In this document: piece by piece, positions 24,975 to 36,771 of the stretch
Numbering within the stretch: position 1 is the stretch's first letter
Layout of the letters: every line of letters begins with the position of its first letter
Origin: Rozella allomycis CSF55
Taxonomy: Eukaryota
Length of the DNA stretch: 56,998 bases
Assembly (NCBI GenBank): GCA_000442015.1
Contig: KE561209.1
Span: 555,607 to 612,604, forward strand
Direction: 5' to 3'
Translations under genes and position numbers: made by a program
Notes under the pieces: generated by a model
Seen by the model: only the letters and a program-made list of their open reading frames with translations
What the model was told of the DNA's origin: nothing
The model's database searches: none

Positions 24975-25763
24975 TTAATAGTAATAGTAGTATCCGTGCT
25001 TGTTGTGTCCGCGGTTTCCGTGGCCGTGGTGTCTTCTTCCATGTCCATGATGTCCATGATTCTTGTGTCCATTTCTGTGACCATGTCCATGATTCTTGTA
25101 TCCATATCCGTATCCATAATCTTCATCGTAACTTCTCTTTCCAAAGCGGAGTGGATGACCATAAAAGTCGTAAACTCTGTATGGCACATAAAATCCGTGA
25201 TCATGGCCCTCATTTTTAAAGTTTCCATTGTTATAATTGCATTTTGCGTATGGGGTTTGCTTATCTGTCTCATCAGAATGTCCATCATAACCTTTGTTTG
25301 AATCATAGTATTCATTTCCATAGCTATCAGAGTTTTCATATCCATAATTTTCTTTTGATTTTGATTTCTTGTCTACATAGTAATCCTTTTGGTTATTCTT
25401 TTTGTTGTCATAGCTTTTGGACTTTTTCTCGTCATAGTACTCTTTTTCGTCATACTTTCTATTGTCATATCCTTTGGACTTCTTGTCACCGCGGTATTCC
25501 TTTTCATCATATTTCTTATTTTCGTAGCTTTTGGACTTTTTGTCTCCATAGTATTCGTTTTCATCATATTTCTTATTGTCGTAGTTCTTGGACTTCTTTT
25601 CACCATAGTATTCCTTTCCGATGTTCTTGGATTTCTTGTCTCCGTAGTAATCCTTTGACTTTTTGTCTTCATATGAATAATCTTTGCTTTCATCAGTGTA
25701 GTATTTTTCAGTATCATCAGAATAGTCACCGTATGATTCAGATGGATAATATTCATCTTTGTA
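24975..25763 (-). CDS. Tyr/Lys/His/Gly-rich repeat protein, C-terminal part (5' end cut at an N)
   Basis: Frame reads YYGDKKSKSYENKKYDEKE repeats, FYVPYRVYDFYGHPLRFGKRS, then a GH-rich tail ending HGYYYY. Confidence 0.75.
   Translation of the reverse strand, partial: YKDEYYPSESYGDYSDDTEKYYTDESKDYSYEDKKSKDYYGDKKSKNIGKEYYGEKKSKNYDNKKYDENEYYGDKKSKSYENKKYDEKEYRGDKKSKGYDNRKYDEKEYYDEKKSKSYDNKKNNQKDYYVDKKSKSKENYGYENSDSYGNEYYDSNKGYDGHSDETDKQTPYAKCNYNNGNFKNEGHDHGFYVPYRVYDFYGHPLRFGKRSYDEDYGYGYGYKNHGHGHRNGHKNHGHHGHGRRHHGHGNRGHNKHGYYYYY
25380..25670 (-). repeat. 57-nt (19-aa) coding tandem repeat
   Basis: Units of Y(Y/R)GDKKSK(G/S)Y(D/E)NKKYDEKE. Confidence 0.85.
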
Positions 25764-26568
25764 NTGGAAATTCTGAAATCAGGTACCCTGGCTGAAGAAA
25801 AACTTTTAAATAAACTGAGCCACAACGGCTTTTCATTCCTATTTTCAAGTTATAATGAATAGTCCATNCGATTTTCAACAATGAACGTCAGATTTATGTT
25901 AAGGACTTTGAATGGGACTCAGGGTACTAATTGTGACTTAGATCTGAGACAAAACTTCCAGGACACCCTAAGAGGTAAAGTATGACATCACCCCCTTCCA
26001 ATAGCTGGAGGCGTTGATAATATGTGAAGATTTTATACANTACGTATTGCATCTGCTTCTGTGGTAAATACTATTAGCCCCGTTAGTGAACTTGTTAGCT
26101 TTTCGTATTCTTCTCACATGTCGAAATTAGATAATGGCTTTCTAGCCTTAAAAGAGTAACTGCGTTTGGTTCTACTAGTGTTGAAGTGGACAAGTTGGTT
26201 ACCATGATGGCGTAAATTTGCCGGAAATGTTTATCATATTCGTACTTCTGTTGAAAAGCCAATTGACAATCGATGATATAGAAAGAAGAATGCCGAATGA
26301 AAGAAATACTCAGATGATACAAGTTCCAAAATCTGTCTCCGCCACTGTTTTAATGTCTTGTGCACATATAATAATGTNAAGTATTATAAGCATATTCATT
26401 GTTTTCTGGCGCCACAGCAATAGAAAAAGAAGGCAAATAGTCATCGTTCTCGTCGAGATCGATGATATAGGNATGTCGGTTTTTATTCACAGAAAATTTG
26501 ATAAAAGGAGGTTTCTCAGGTATTATACCTGACATACCGCAAAAGCCACTTTAGAAAATGGATTTCCN

Positions 26569-27908
26569 TTAAAACTTGACGCGATTTTTGAATGACAATA
26601 AAGATGACCCAAAAATTCTTTAAATTCTTCTAAATTTTTCATTGTCAAAATTCTTCTTCTTCGCTCAATTTGATTTCTTTCTAAAAATTCAGATAACCGA
26701 ATTTCTGGTTTCTGATCTTTTATTTGAAATGTAAAATCAAAATAAAACGTTATCAATTGTTCCAAATATAATAAAGATCTAACTACCATGTTCTTAGATT
26801 CAAATTTTTCTTTTTCTTTACATTTAGTTAATATGTATGAGATATCCACATTCACAACTGGAAGTGATCTATTATCAATCTTCTTCATTTGCAAATATTG
26901 TAGATCTATATCCTTTACAATCAATCTTTCACTCAAAATAAAAAATTTTCCTTCCTTTTCCCACGTGCTTTGGATCTTTTTCAAATTTTCTACTAAATTT
27001 TTTTCTTTTTTATCTGAAAGCATTTTTATTCTTTCCTCTATCAATTCCTGACTATTCAATACACTCCATATCCCAACTCCCGGGTAAAACATATTTCTTG
27101 TCAAATTCGTCTTCTTTTCTAATAAATCTACCGAATAAAATGTAGTTTGCACAAAAACACATTTCCTTTGTGGATAATGGAAATATCTCGACTGGAATCT
27201 ATCTGTCCCCAAAATATTCAACTTCAATCGAGATCCACTCTCTGCACTTGCATTACTCATAAACTCACAAAAGAGGTCAGATGACAAAACCAACTGGACA
27301 ATCGCATGAATGCCCAACAATTTACTTATAACAGGCAACTGCTCATATTCCAACGCATTCCACATTTCCATCCATTCATTTCCACTCTTCATATGTCTTA
27401 AATATCCACCAACTATAGACACCCACGACACCTCAGTCACAGGCATCGACTCCAACTTGTACTGGACTCCTATATACATCAACAAATTCTTCATAATTCC
27501 AAACAGAATCTCATTCGAACTACTGCTCTGAACTATACATTCCAAAAATTCATCTACTATCATCCTCTAAAACCCCTTACCAAAGTCAAACTCAGCAAGC
27601 CCCAAATCTTCTCTAAAACAATCCAAAAATACAAACGTTTCAATAAATTCTGAAATAACTACAAATGGAATCTCCGGTTCCGATGCAATAAACTCTCTCA
27701 AAGAGCCAGAATCCTTAAACACCTCTCCTCGCAACACTTTCAAGATTGGATCTCGTGGTGAACACAATACACTTGTTAAAAATGGCGACGATTCATTGCT
27801 CATCGTTTTACTCTTCGAAATACTTGTTTTTTGGCCCTTCTCGGCAGTGTGGAAAAAGTCTTTAAGGTTTTTTGGACGGCTGGCCGTTGGATTCAAAGGA
27901 CTTTCCAT
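26569..27908 (-). CDS. DDT + WHIM/WSD chromatin-remodelling accessory protein (Itc1/BAZ-like); 3' end cut at an N
   Basis: EFIETFVFLDCFREDLGL (DDT); ILGTDRFQSRYF (WSD); WSVLNSQE..EKNLVENL. Confidence 0.7.
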
Positions 27909-28111
27909 TAACACCTTTTACCAGGGTTGTTTGGCTATAAAAATAAATAAAACAATTTTATTGTCTCATAGGCACAGTTAGCGGATATTACTCAAGGATT
28001 TTTCATCATAGAACGGTGCGCAAAGACTTTACTAGTAATTCGTTCTCTCAAACCATTAATTATTAAACTTTTATATTCAAAATGGTTATTTATCAAACGA
28101 ATTTAATGAGT

Positions 28112-28685
28112 TCACTGAGTTCTTTGCTTTTCTCTTATGTTCAGTTTATCGTCGAAAAAGTTTCTCATCTTGTCACAATTCACATCAATCCATTCTTCTG
28201 CATCGGAAATTGCTGGATATGACTTTCTGGCACTTCTATACCACCAGTCAGTAGTATATGGATAGTACATTCTAAATGCCCATATTCCTGCAATCGATGG
28301 ATACAGCATCCGTCTAAAAACGCCATCTGATTACCAAATTTACACAACTCCTTACATTTTCTCGTATATATCATTGCAGCACCCGTAAACGCCGACACAG
28401 CAAACAATCCTGGAAACCAATGCTCCTTTGGATGCCACGTATACAAATACGCATCTATTTCACCCATTCACTAATTATACCCTTTACATGTTTCTTTATT
28501 TTCGGCACAATGTGTTTATTTGGATTGATTTCCTTTGATAAATACAATTTCGATTTAATTACGTCCCATTTATCACAAATGTATTGCCTCGTCTCGTGTA
28601 TTTTTTCTGCTAAATATTCGAATTCTTCTAGCTCCTTGAAGCCTGGATTCACCGGCGATGGTGATGGATCGTAAATATCCTTCAT
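28112..28685 (-). CDS. MICOS Mic26/Mic27 (ApoO family)
   Basis: KDIYD..LAEKIHETR; FPGLFAVSAFTGAAMIYTR...MLYPSIAGIWAFRMYYPYT. Confidence 0.6.
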
Positions 28686-28706
28686 GTCACCCCTGGCAAT
28701 ATAACG

Positions 28707-29321
28707 ATGAGCGATTCTAGCTTGTACATGAGTGATGGCGAAGATATACTAGAAAAGTCTGAAGAAAATTCGGGTAATATATGTAGCTCTAGAAGAAAGT
28801 GATCAATGAGGTAATTAAGACACCAGCTAAACGGCGAAAACTTGACGACAGTGAATTTCTAGATTTGGATATGATTAGTATGCAGAATATTTTTATTTAT
28901 TACAGCTCCTTCAAAATCTAAAAAGAAGGAATTGTCTGCTGAAGAACAGTCTTTACTTCGATCAGAAAAGATTAGGCGGAAGAGACTACAGTCACAGAAA
29001 AGAGATGAGGAAGAAAAGCAAGCAACTGTGCAAAGGCTGCTACAGAAGCAGACGCCAAAGCGGCTACCCGCAAAGCAGGTTGATCTTTCAGTTAGATTAG
29101 AAGAAGACAAAAAGCAAACATGTGTTAGATATATCACTAATATTGAAGGATCTTCTTTATCTATACCTGAAAAGTTTGTGAATGCATATACTGGATCAAG
29201 CACTATTGCTTATCCTGTAACTGAAGTTTGTGCAATTTGTAGGACGAACAATAGGAAATATGCGACGAGAAATAACACTCCCATTTGCAGTCTGAATTGT
29301 TATAAGCGGGCGGTCGTTTGA
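28707..29321 (+). CDS. INO80B: INO80 subunit B / Ies2 (PAPA-1 + zf-HIT)
   Basis: EEQSLLRSEKIRRKRLQSQKRDEEEKQATVQRLLQKQ; VRYITNIEGS; CAIC...ICSLNCYK. Confidence 0.88.
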
Positions 29322-29754
29322 ATGTTAATAAATTAAGATTTTGTTCTTAGAATAATTATCAAAGAGAGGAGTCATAATTCTCAAAGGATCTCTATTCTGA
29401 TACTAATTATAGAAAGGACCAACATATAAAACTCCAAGGAGATATCAATAAATAGAACGGAGGATAATCTATTCTCAATCGACANTTAAGATGAATGCCA
29501 AGTTCCAGTGGACATCGTTCTTCCCAGTACCATTCCTGTTTTTTCTCGTCGTACTGAGGTCGATGACGTTGTCCTCGTCTTTCTAGCCCCTTGAAGCTAC
29601 CAATCAGCTTTATGCATGTATCTTCGGATGATTGAAGTATGTTGCTTCGACAAGNTGTCGCATATAAAAATGAAGACCAAAGCGCGGAAAGTCATTCTCT
29701 CGTAGATCTATAACAATTGATCCTAGAGTTGTTGCTGTTGGAAAAGACTGTCCN

Positions 29755-30060
29755 TTTTGTCTCGTCATAGTATTCTTTTTCGTCATATTTCTTATTGTCA
29801 TATCCTTTGGATTTCTTGTCACCACGGTATTCCTTTTCATCATATTTCTTATTTTCGTAGCTTTTGGACTTTTTGTCTCCATAGTATTCCTTTTCATCAT
29901 ACTTTCTATTGTCGTATCCTTTGGATTTCTTGTCACCGCGGTATTCCTTTTCATCATATTTCTTATTGTCATATCCTTTGGACTTTTTGTCTCCATAGTA
30001 TTCCTTTCCAATGTTCTTGGATTTCTTGTCTCCGTAGTAATCCTTTGACTTTTTGTCTTC
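29755..30060 (-). repeat. Second copy (allele or paralog) of the 57-nt Tyr/Lys repeat block
   Basis: Same units as 25380-25670 with one extra unit; bounded by N bases. Confidence 0.85.
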
Positions 30061-30061
30061 N

Positions 30062-30499
30062 TTAATGTCCAGATCGGTCGCTTTATCAAATTTAATGCAT
30101 GTAAAGGATAATTACAATGAAAAGTAGTCTCTTGGGCACTTGTTTGGCAAAGGTCATGATCCTAACAATCAAGAATGTAATCCTAACGGTATTCAGTATA
30201 TAATGTCGGCAACGGGTTACAATATTGCGATAAACACAATTAACGGGCAAAAGTATTCCCCGTGTTCAAATCGAAATATACAGTCATCAGTGGGTACTAC
30301 TGGAACTTGTTGTGTGACGANATCTCCAAGCGTGAATACTACTTTGTTTGGTTCAACGACGACAGATGTGAATGTAATATCAGCTGCGTATCGAAATTCA
30401 ATAACGAATAATTTGTTTCCAGGGTTTGACAAGAACAATTTTTGCACAGTAGTTGGGTTAACTCACAATTACCTTGGTGGAGCCTTAAGTTGGTATGGC
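30062..30499 (+). CDS. Fragments of an ADAM/reprolysin (M12B) metalloprotease-like domain
   Basis: After intron 30101-30127 reads LMH|SLGHLFGKGHD..C.P...YIM...KYSPCS; adjacent contig reads NFCTVVGLTH..GGAL. Confidence 0.6.
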
Positions 30500-31432
30500 N
30501 TGAGCGAACCCACAGCTGATTCAACGTTTTCGTTAGAAGTACCGGTAGAATCTTTACCTACTGAAAGAGAGACCAACCATCCCATTGCGGACGACGCAAT
30601 GGAAACTGATAGTATCGACGAAGTCGACTATGACGAGGACGATGGGGACCTAACCCCAGAGGTAGACACCTTGAAAGTAGTTGAGAGCCTCCGGGCGTCG
30701 ATAGCTAAAATGAAAGCTAAGCTGGCTGCTCTNTAATTGATTATTAAATGTTAAGAATGTTATATGCTTATCTCAAAATGACATTGACAATCATCTATCT
30801 TTACCCCATTTTGAAATTTAAGTACTATTTTAGGAATAGTGGGATTGATATGTCTCAGGGAGACCCAACTATCAATTGCAAATTCAATATTTCAAGTCTC
30901 ATTGTAAAATCTTTTTGCTCTTTAAATATAAGGCAATATTATTGTAAACATGCAGTAGTTCTTTTATTAAATATACGTTTTTCTTTGATGGATATACTGA
31001 AATAAGATCTGATACTTCCGATGAATAGAATTAAATAGGAATAACAATTAACAAATAGCTACATTACCGGATTTATTTCTATTTAACTTGATTACAAAGT
31101 GGTTGTGAATGCGGCTCCAAGGTACATTTTAAAAATAGGTAACTTCAAAATTGAAACTGCTATGTTTGCAATATAGTCATTAAGGTCAGAAATAGTGAAT
31201 TTCTTCATGTCAGGGTACTGGGTATGAAGGATGCACTAAAATCANGGTGTTTTGTGACAAGAAACTCGGTGCCATCTTTCACATTTTGGTCGAATTACAC
31301 TACTTATTGGTATCCTCATCCTGAAGATCAATGCAAAGTAATATTATTAAAGCGCTTAAAAAAGTATACAATCGATTAACCAATTATATTAATTGAAAGA
31401 TAAAATTTATAGATGCTTATTTATGAGACATT

Positions 31433-31760
31433 AACAAGAAGATGGGGATTCGGGATTCGCAAGAGGAAACTGGAAAACGATTAATGAAGGTTACGCGGAA
31501 AATGAAGGTCACGGGTGATTGCAGAAAGCGGTAACATGAATGTTTTGAATATAGGTAGATTTTATTTTAGGTGAGTCAGACTAATGTGAAAAGATAATCA
31601 AGTAGAAAACAGTTGTTTTGTGTGAAATTTTTTTTTGATAATTATAAACTCCCCGCCCGATTTAACGAGCACTGCGAGAATTGTTTATCAGAACAAGATA
31701 ATGGGGATTCGGTATTCGCAAGAGGAAACTGGAAAAAGTTAAATGAAGGTCACAAGCGAT
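31433..31760 (+). repeat. Imperfect direct repeat pair of about 65 bp
   Basis: aacaaga..atggggattcgg.attcgcaagaggaaactggaaaa...aatgaaggt at about 31433 and 31692. Confidence 0.8.
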
Positions 31761-31911
31761 GGAACTTTGAAGAAATCGGTATAATAAATTCCTCAATGTT
31801 TTTGAAAATAGATATCGATTATTTTGAGACGAAATCACACTAATGTTCCAACACTTAACATTCAAACCATTTTTTGTTATTGCTAATCGTGATTTATTGA
31901 ATATCTTGTCA

Positions 31912-33510
31912 TCAACGCTTATGGCTTGAAGCATCCAGAACGTCTTTCATTTTAGCGGAATCAACAATAATATCAAAGCCTGTTGCGATCTCTGACTCAT
32001 CTTGAAATCTTGAGTGAACATCAGTCATGTAAATATAAAGATCGTGAGGTCCAGGATTAATTTTTGCCTTTTCTGTAGAGACGCTAGATATCACTGGCAC
32101 GAGTTGTGAAAATTTAAGTTTCTTTGCCGCGTTGCTACTCTGGGACTGAACGCACCAAACCGAAGTGAATATAGCTGAGGGTTGATGTTCTACAAAAGCT
32201 CTAAATTGAAGATAAGACTCCGCATGAGGGGCATTAGCAGCATTGATAAAGGCACAAAAATGTGATTTGAGGTTTCTTATTTCGTCGCAGCTAATAAAGT
32301 GCTTATCCAGATGCATGTATCTATAAGATGTTGGGAAATAGTAGCGATATCCATTGTCATGGACCCAGGGAAAGACATCAGAGATTTTGAAGGTTGTTTT
32401 GCTCGTGAAACTTTTCAAAAAAAACAATTTAAGCAAGATAACGGCAATAACATGTCTCTCATTGTCATTTGGACTTAAAAAGGCTGCAAACGAAGAAAGC
32501 CAAGACACGCTAGGAACAGCACTTTCACCTTCAAGATATCTTTTTAACAAGAAGAAGGGAATCCTTATGAAAGTGATATCGCCTCCAGACGAATACTCCG
32601 CCATGATGATCCCATTGTTCTGTAGATGGTTGATAGAGAAATCACCTGAGAACTCTTCTCCTTGACAAAGTGCAGGAGCCTTGCGAATTTGAGCAGCAAC
32701 AAGCTTTGGAAGAATGGAAGTCATGAAATCATCATTCTTGTAAACCTCAGTCAGTTGTTCAAAGAAACCTGACATTGACGCAGTGTATGCATTTGTCATA
32801 AGCTGATTTAATAAATCATCATTCCCAACATCCGACAAACGTTGCGCAAACACGTCAATGTCAAATGCATCATTCTGTCTCCCAATTTGAAAAAGAAAAT
32901 GTGAAAAGAATCTTATTTGCCCTGTCAACAAGTCAAATGCCTGTATCATTTTTTCACAAATAACAACGGATTTGTTTTCTTTCATTAGTAAATTATTTGT
33001 GACCTCTATAAAATTAGATGTGTTCAACAGAGGGAGTGATATCGTAAAGATGTCTGTACCAGTAACGTTACTGAGGTCTATCAATTCTTGTTGGTTAGTC
33101 CCTGCCAACATGAATATCGGAACAATTCCTTGTCTAGCACATGCCAAAGTAGCAGAGGGACATTCCTTCATGAAACGATGCAAAGGAGTTTCGTGATGTG
33201 TGAGAACTGTGTTGGTTTCATCAAGAACAATTGCAATAACAACTTCTTCTGAGATGCCAAGCGTCGTCTTGATCACTGTGCAAACATCAGCAGCAGACCT
33301 AACCCCAACAAACTGAGATTTAAAGGCCGCCCATTCAAATCTTGGTCTTCGGCCATGGATAAATGCAAACAACAACAATTCTGCCACAGATCCATCCCAG
33401 CTTCTAAGATTGGACATAGACAGATGAAACGCTAATTCGTTCTGTCTGCTTCTTATAATGATGCTTTTGATCTCCTCTGTAAGACCGTTCAATTTCCCTG
33501 CGTACAAACA
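31912..33510 (-). CDS. Second Crinkler-like NTPase + degenerate REase protein (5' end cut at an N)
   Basis: Intronless; Walker B IAIVLDETN; LAGT, ISLPLL; C-terminal FINAANAPHAES...CVQSQ...YIYMTD. Confidence 0.6.
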   Translation of the reverse strand, partial: CLYAGKLNGLTEEIKSIIIRSRQNELAFHLSMSNLRSWDGSVAELLLFAFIHGRRPRFEWAAFKSQFVGVRSAADVCTVIKTTLGISEEVVIAIVLDETNTVLTHHETPLHRFMKECPSATLACARQGIVPIFMLAGTNQQELIDLSNVTGTDIFTISLPLLNTSNFIEVTNNLLMKENKSVVICEKMIQAFDLLTGQIRFFSHFLFQIGRQNDAFDIDVFAQRLSDVGNDDLLNQLMTNAYTASMSGFFEQLTEVYKNDDFMTSILPKLVAAQIRKAPALCQGEEFSGDFSINHLQNNGIIMAEYSSGGDITFIRIPFFLLKRYLEGESAVPSVSWLSSFAAFLSPNDNERHVIAVILLKLFFLKSFTSKTTFKISDVFPWVHDNGYRYYFPTSYRYMHLDKHFISCDEIRNLKSHFCAFINAANAPHAESYLQFRAFVEHQPSAIFTSVWCVQSQSSNAAKKLKFSQLVPVISSVSTEKAKINPGPHDLYIYMTDVHSRFQDESEIATGFDIIVDSAKMKDVLDASSHKR

Positions 33511-33511
33511 N

Positions 33512-34601
33512 TTACTTTTTTCCATTGCATTCAACTGGATAAAATGTTCTGAAAACAGGCAACACCTTACATTCATTTGGAATACTAACAATACAATACC
33601 CAAATCCATTCATTTCTACAAACGACGCCTATAAACACACACACACCAAATAACTCACCTTTATCATTTCTTCTGTTTGTCCTAAATACATCTCATTCAT
33701 ACACAAAATAGTAATGCTAAACACTTTTTCTACATCCACATCCTCATCCACTCGTACCTTCGCCCCATCCCTTCAACCGGCTCAATCTATACCCACCCAA
33801 ATTCTTAAAATCTTCAACCACCAAAAGACTCACAAACCCCACAACCTTTTCTCTCCACCCATTACATCTACCTTTCTATTCACAATCCCAACAAGACACC
33901 GCGTATTCCCAGACACATTTTCAATCAACTGCGACAAATTAAAATCATCAACACCATCCCGAAACAAATTCTTTCATCATCCACAAAATACAATACCTGC
34001 GACTGCAGCAACGGCTTAATGTCGTCGCAGTCTTCAACTCTCGCCTGTCGTATCATCAATCGCGGCATTATATCACTTCTACTGCAACAATGCACTGTTA
34101 AATTCATCGAATCACGCGCCTGGTATTCGCTAAAATACTGGCTCTTCAACTGCAATTTACTATCCAGCATTTTCAATATCCCTACCTCAATATCGGCGAT
34201 GTCAGCGGATGGAATATTTTCCCACCATGTCGATATATCACATATTCAATCTCATTCACATTGCAGTACAAACTCTGCAGCGCACTATGAAACAGCCTCG
34301 CTTGATCATTAGCACCAACGGCGGAATCATAAAACACCATTGACAAAAACACCGCATTTTCAATCTAGCCATAAATAATCATCCTCATTACCGTCACATC
34401 GGCAAGCTCCCGGTACTTGGCCCTCAAAAACACATCCCACTCTTCACACTCGTCCCATCTCGCTCCAAATGAAATAAAGCCACAAATTTTCTCGTCATTC
34501 GTAAATGTCAGGCTGTATATGCTTGATAGCCTATCGTTAAATTTGGTATTCGTATTGTACATGGTGTTTTCAATGTCAAAGGGACCGAACCGCTCCTTTA
34601 A
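33512..34601 (-). CDS. CFAP61: CFAP61 N-terminal region fragment (flagellar)
   Basis: RFGPFDIE...; IRQARVEDCDDIKPLL; VVGFVSL; probable first exon on a separate contig at 35101-35180. Confidence 0.6.
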
Positions 34602-34602
34602 N

Positions 34603-34913
34603 TCTCACCTGCTGTATGTAGCTTGCTGAAAATAAATGTCCCCCAATCATCAAAGCGGTTCTCCCAATCCTCTTTGGACAACTTCTTCAATCCACTCCAA
34701 GCAGAAGTCTCAATAAACGTGTAAATGGTAGATCTCGGGCAGCGTTCTTTATTTAGCCAAGACAGGAGTTGCGCTTTGTTTTCCATGTTGTTGACAAGGG
34801 TTATTAAAGCATGGGTCCATTTTTTGCTTTGATTGGAATCAAAAGATTTCAAAAATTTTTCATAAGAAATGGCTTCATCAATAAATTGCAAAAGCAGATT
34901 TAAAAATTACCAT
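34603..34913 (-). CDS. N-terminal fragment of an unknown protein with a possible SAM-like effector header
   Basis: WSGLKKLSKEDWENRFDDWGTFIFSKLH; cut at an N. Confidence 0.35.
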
Positions 34914-35100
34914 GAGTGATACTTACTCATTTCAATTTTGGTGAGTAGACAGTACTGTGTAATAGTGTATAAAAACAATTTTTTTTGACATACAGAATGG
35001 ATTGGAGTTTATTTTTGAATTATTGACAAGTTGTGCAGAAAAGATTCAGAAATCAGAAATGTGAATATTTGTTATTCCAGAAGAGAGGGAATGTGATTGN

Positions 35101-35180
35101 ATGCCTCCTTCAGTGGGTGAGGCTACGATGGCCTCTAGTACTTCAATGTCGCTGAACTCGGACTTTCTTAATGATAGCAT
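35101..35180 (-). CDS. Probable displaced N-terminus of CFAP61
   Basis: MLSLRKSEFSDIEVLEAIV fits upstream of LKERFGPFDIE at about 34600. Confidence 0.45.
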
Positions 35181-35415
35181 GATTTGATTTTGGTTACTAG
35201 GTCGACAAGTAATCGCAAGAATATTTTTGAAAAATCAAAAGAAATTAGAAAATTTATTGGGAAAACTTCTGCCCTCCGAACAACATNTCTAAGACTCATG
35301 AAATGCTGGTTGACAATAGAAAGAATAGGTTTAAAGAGATTGTGAGTGAGATTCTTGGATACCTTGTTGCGTATATTAAAGAGTTTGATAGATTCAAGGC
35401 GATTATTAATGTCAN

Positions 35416-35694
35416 GTACTTATAATAGGGACTAATAGTTACATTGGGGAAGCCATAACCGGGTCCCCTTTTTGGGGGATTTGTGAAAAAAATTCTTTTT
35501 TTCGGGGTTTCTTTTAATATCTTGTTGATCAGGTTGTTCATCATATTTAGTATCTTGCATCTGTTCTTTGATGTGAAAAGGTGCCATAGATGCCGCCGTA
35601 ACCATAGTCCATACTGATACCTGTGCTTTTAACTGATGCAAATCACCCCTTTTCAATCCCCGAAGTTGGTTTGAATGCGGTAGGATTTTTTTTC
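35416..35694 (-). CDS. CFAP96: CFAP96/C4orf47 fragment
   Basis: FFTNPPKRGPGYGFPNVTI resembles FYTNPGKKGTGYGYANITI. Confidence 0.7.
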
Positions 35695-35695
35695 N

Positions 35696-35877
35696 GTCAC
35701 CATATCCATTATTCAAATAGCGACCATACTTCATGGCAAATTTTCCATCATTATATCCGTATCCATATCCATACCCAGCATAGTCAAAGCGAAGAGGTTC
35801 TATGTTATATATAGAGTGTGCTTCTTACCAGAAAGAGCAGTTGCAGCTAATGCACTAAGAAATAGAATTGATTTCAT
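35696..35877 (-). CDS. Signal-peptide exon and start of a Tyr/Gly-rich secreted protein
   Basis: MKSILFLSALAATALS, intron 35800-35828, then EPLRFDYAGYGYGYGYNDGKF. Confidence 0.8.
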
Positions 35878-36208
35878 GATGTATTATGGAAGCAAATGTG
35901 TTCTATTATACATGTATGACAGTGCCAGATGCAATTGATTATTAAATGTTAAGAATGTCAATATAAATGCAATATACGTTTTTCATCGCAAGATGACATC
36001 TTTTTATCAAATGTCTTATGTCAGAGGGTGCTCATATATCATAACTACTGGAAATCGGCAAGACGTAAATGTCTTGATTGCGTTTTGCCTGTGTATCTCT
36101 GTTACTTTGGAGGGTTGCTGTACATTATTTTTTCATAAATATTCAAACTTTGCTGTATTCTCTTCAAATATAAGGATTGAATTCTCGGCCATTTTTCAAA
36201 CCCCTGTT

Positions 36209-36769
36209 ATGAATGTTCAACTTTTTCTATTCGTTTCAGCAGTTAAAAGATACAAAAATATCCACGATGAATTGTTTAGAGATTGCAATACTTATGCAAA
36301 TGAAACACTGCTAATACAGTACGAGCACGATAAAACGTTTTGGCACCCTACGTTGATATCATTCGATTCTCGTTTACCTGAAAGATTTAGTACGTTTGTT
36401 AAACGTAGACGCGAAAAACTAGATTTGAAAAAATACTTACCGCTGCTTGTAACATTTTTACTTACTCATTATAAAGGCTGNCATTTTTACTTACTTATTA
36501 TAAAGGCCGTGGAAATTCAAAGAATGGAACAATCAATTGATTGCTATTTTCCTCATTCACTGTATTCTCAGTGCAGAAAAGCGATTTCAATGTTTAAAAG
36601 CCAAACGACAAGATTAAACGAACTTGTTGATACCCTCATGCAAACTAAAACAAGAGATGAAATTTTTGATTTACTCACTGAAATATTAGATTTAAAATTT
36701 ATTAGAAAGAAAATAGTGAATGATATTATTGAGATTTCGAGTTTTTTAAAGGAATGCGACGACATTTAG
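36209..36769 (+). CDS. Hypothetical protein (N join at 36481)
   Basis: Open frame, no recognised motif. Confidence 0.3.
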   Translation: MNVQLFLFVSAVKRYKNIHDELFRDCNTYANETLLIQYEHDKTFWHPTLISFDSRLPERFSTFVKRRREKLDLKKYLPLLVTFLLTHYKGXHFYLLIIKAVEIQRMEQSIDCYFPHSLYSQCRKAISMFKSQTTRLNELVDTLMQTKTRDEIFDLLTEILDLKFIRKKIVNDIIEISSFLKECDDI

Positions 36770-36771
36770 TT

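Noticed and set aside
25380-25670. Possible CRISPR-like array
   Set aside because: In-frame 57-nt coding repeats without unique spacers, in a eukaryotic context
24754-25825. Met/Ser/Ile-rich and Cys/His-rich ORFs in several frames
   Set aside because: Shadow frames of the repetitive minus-strand Tyr/His-rich gene; only that frame is conserved in the paralog at 44971
30140-30736. 198-aa ORF as a single protein
   Set aside because: It crosses N joins at 30321 and 30500 and is a chimera of separate contigs
33512-33609. N-terminal hydrophobic segment of the 565-aa ORF as a signal peptide
   Set aside because: It lies across the N at 33511 and belongs to the CFAP61 contig
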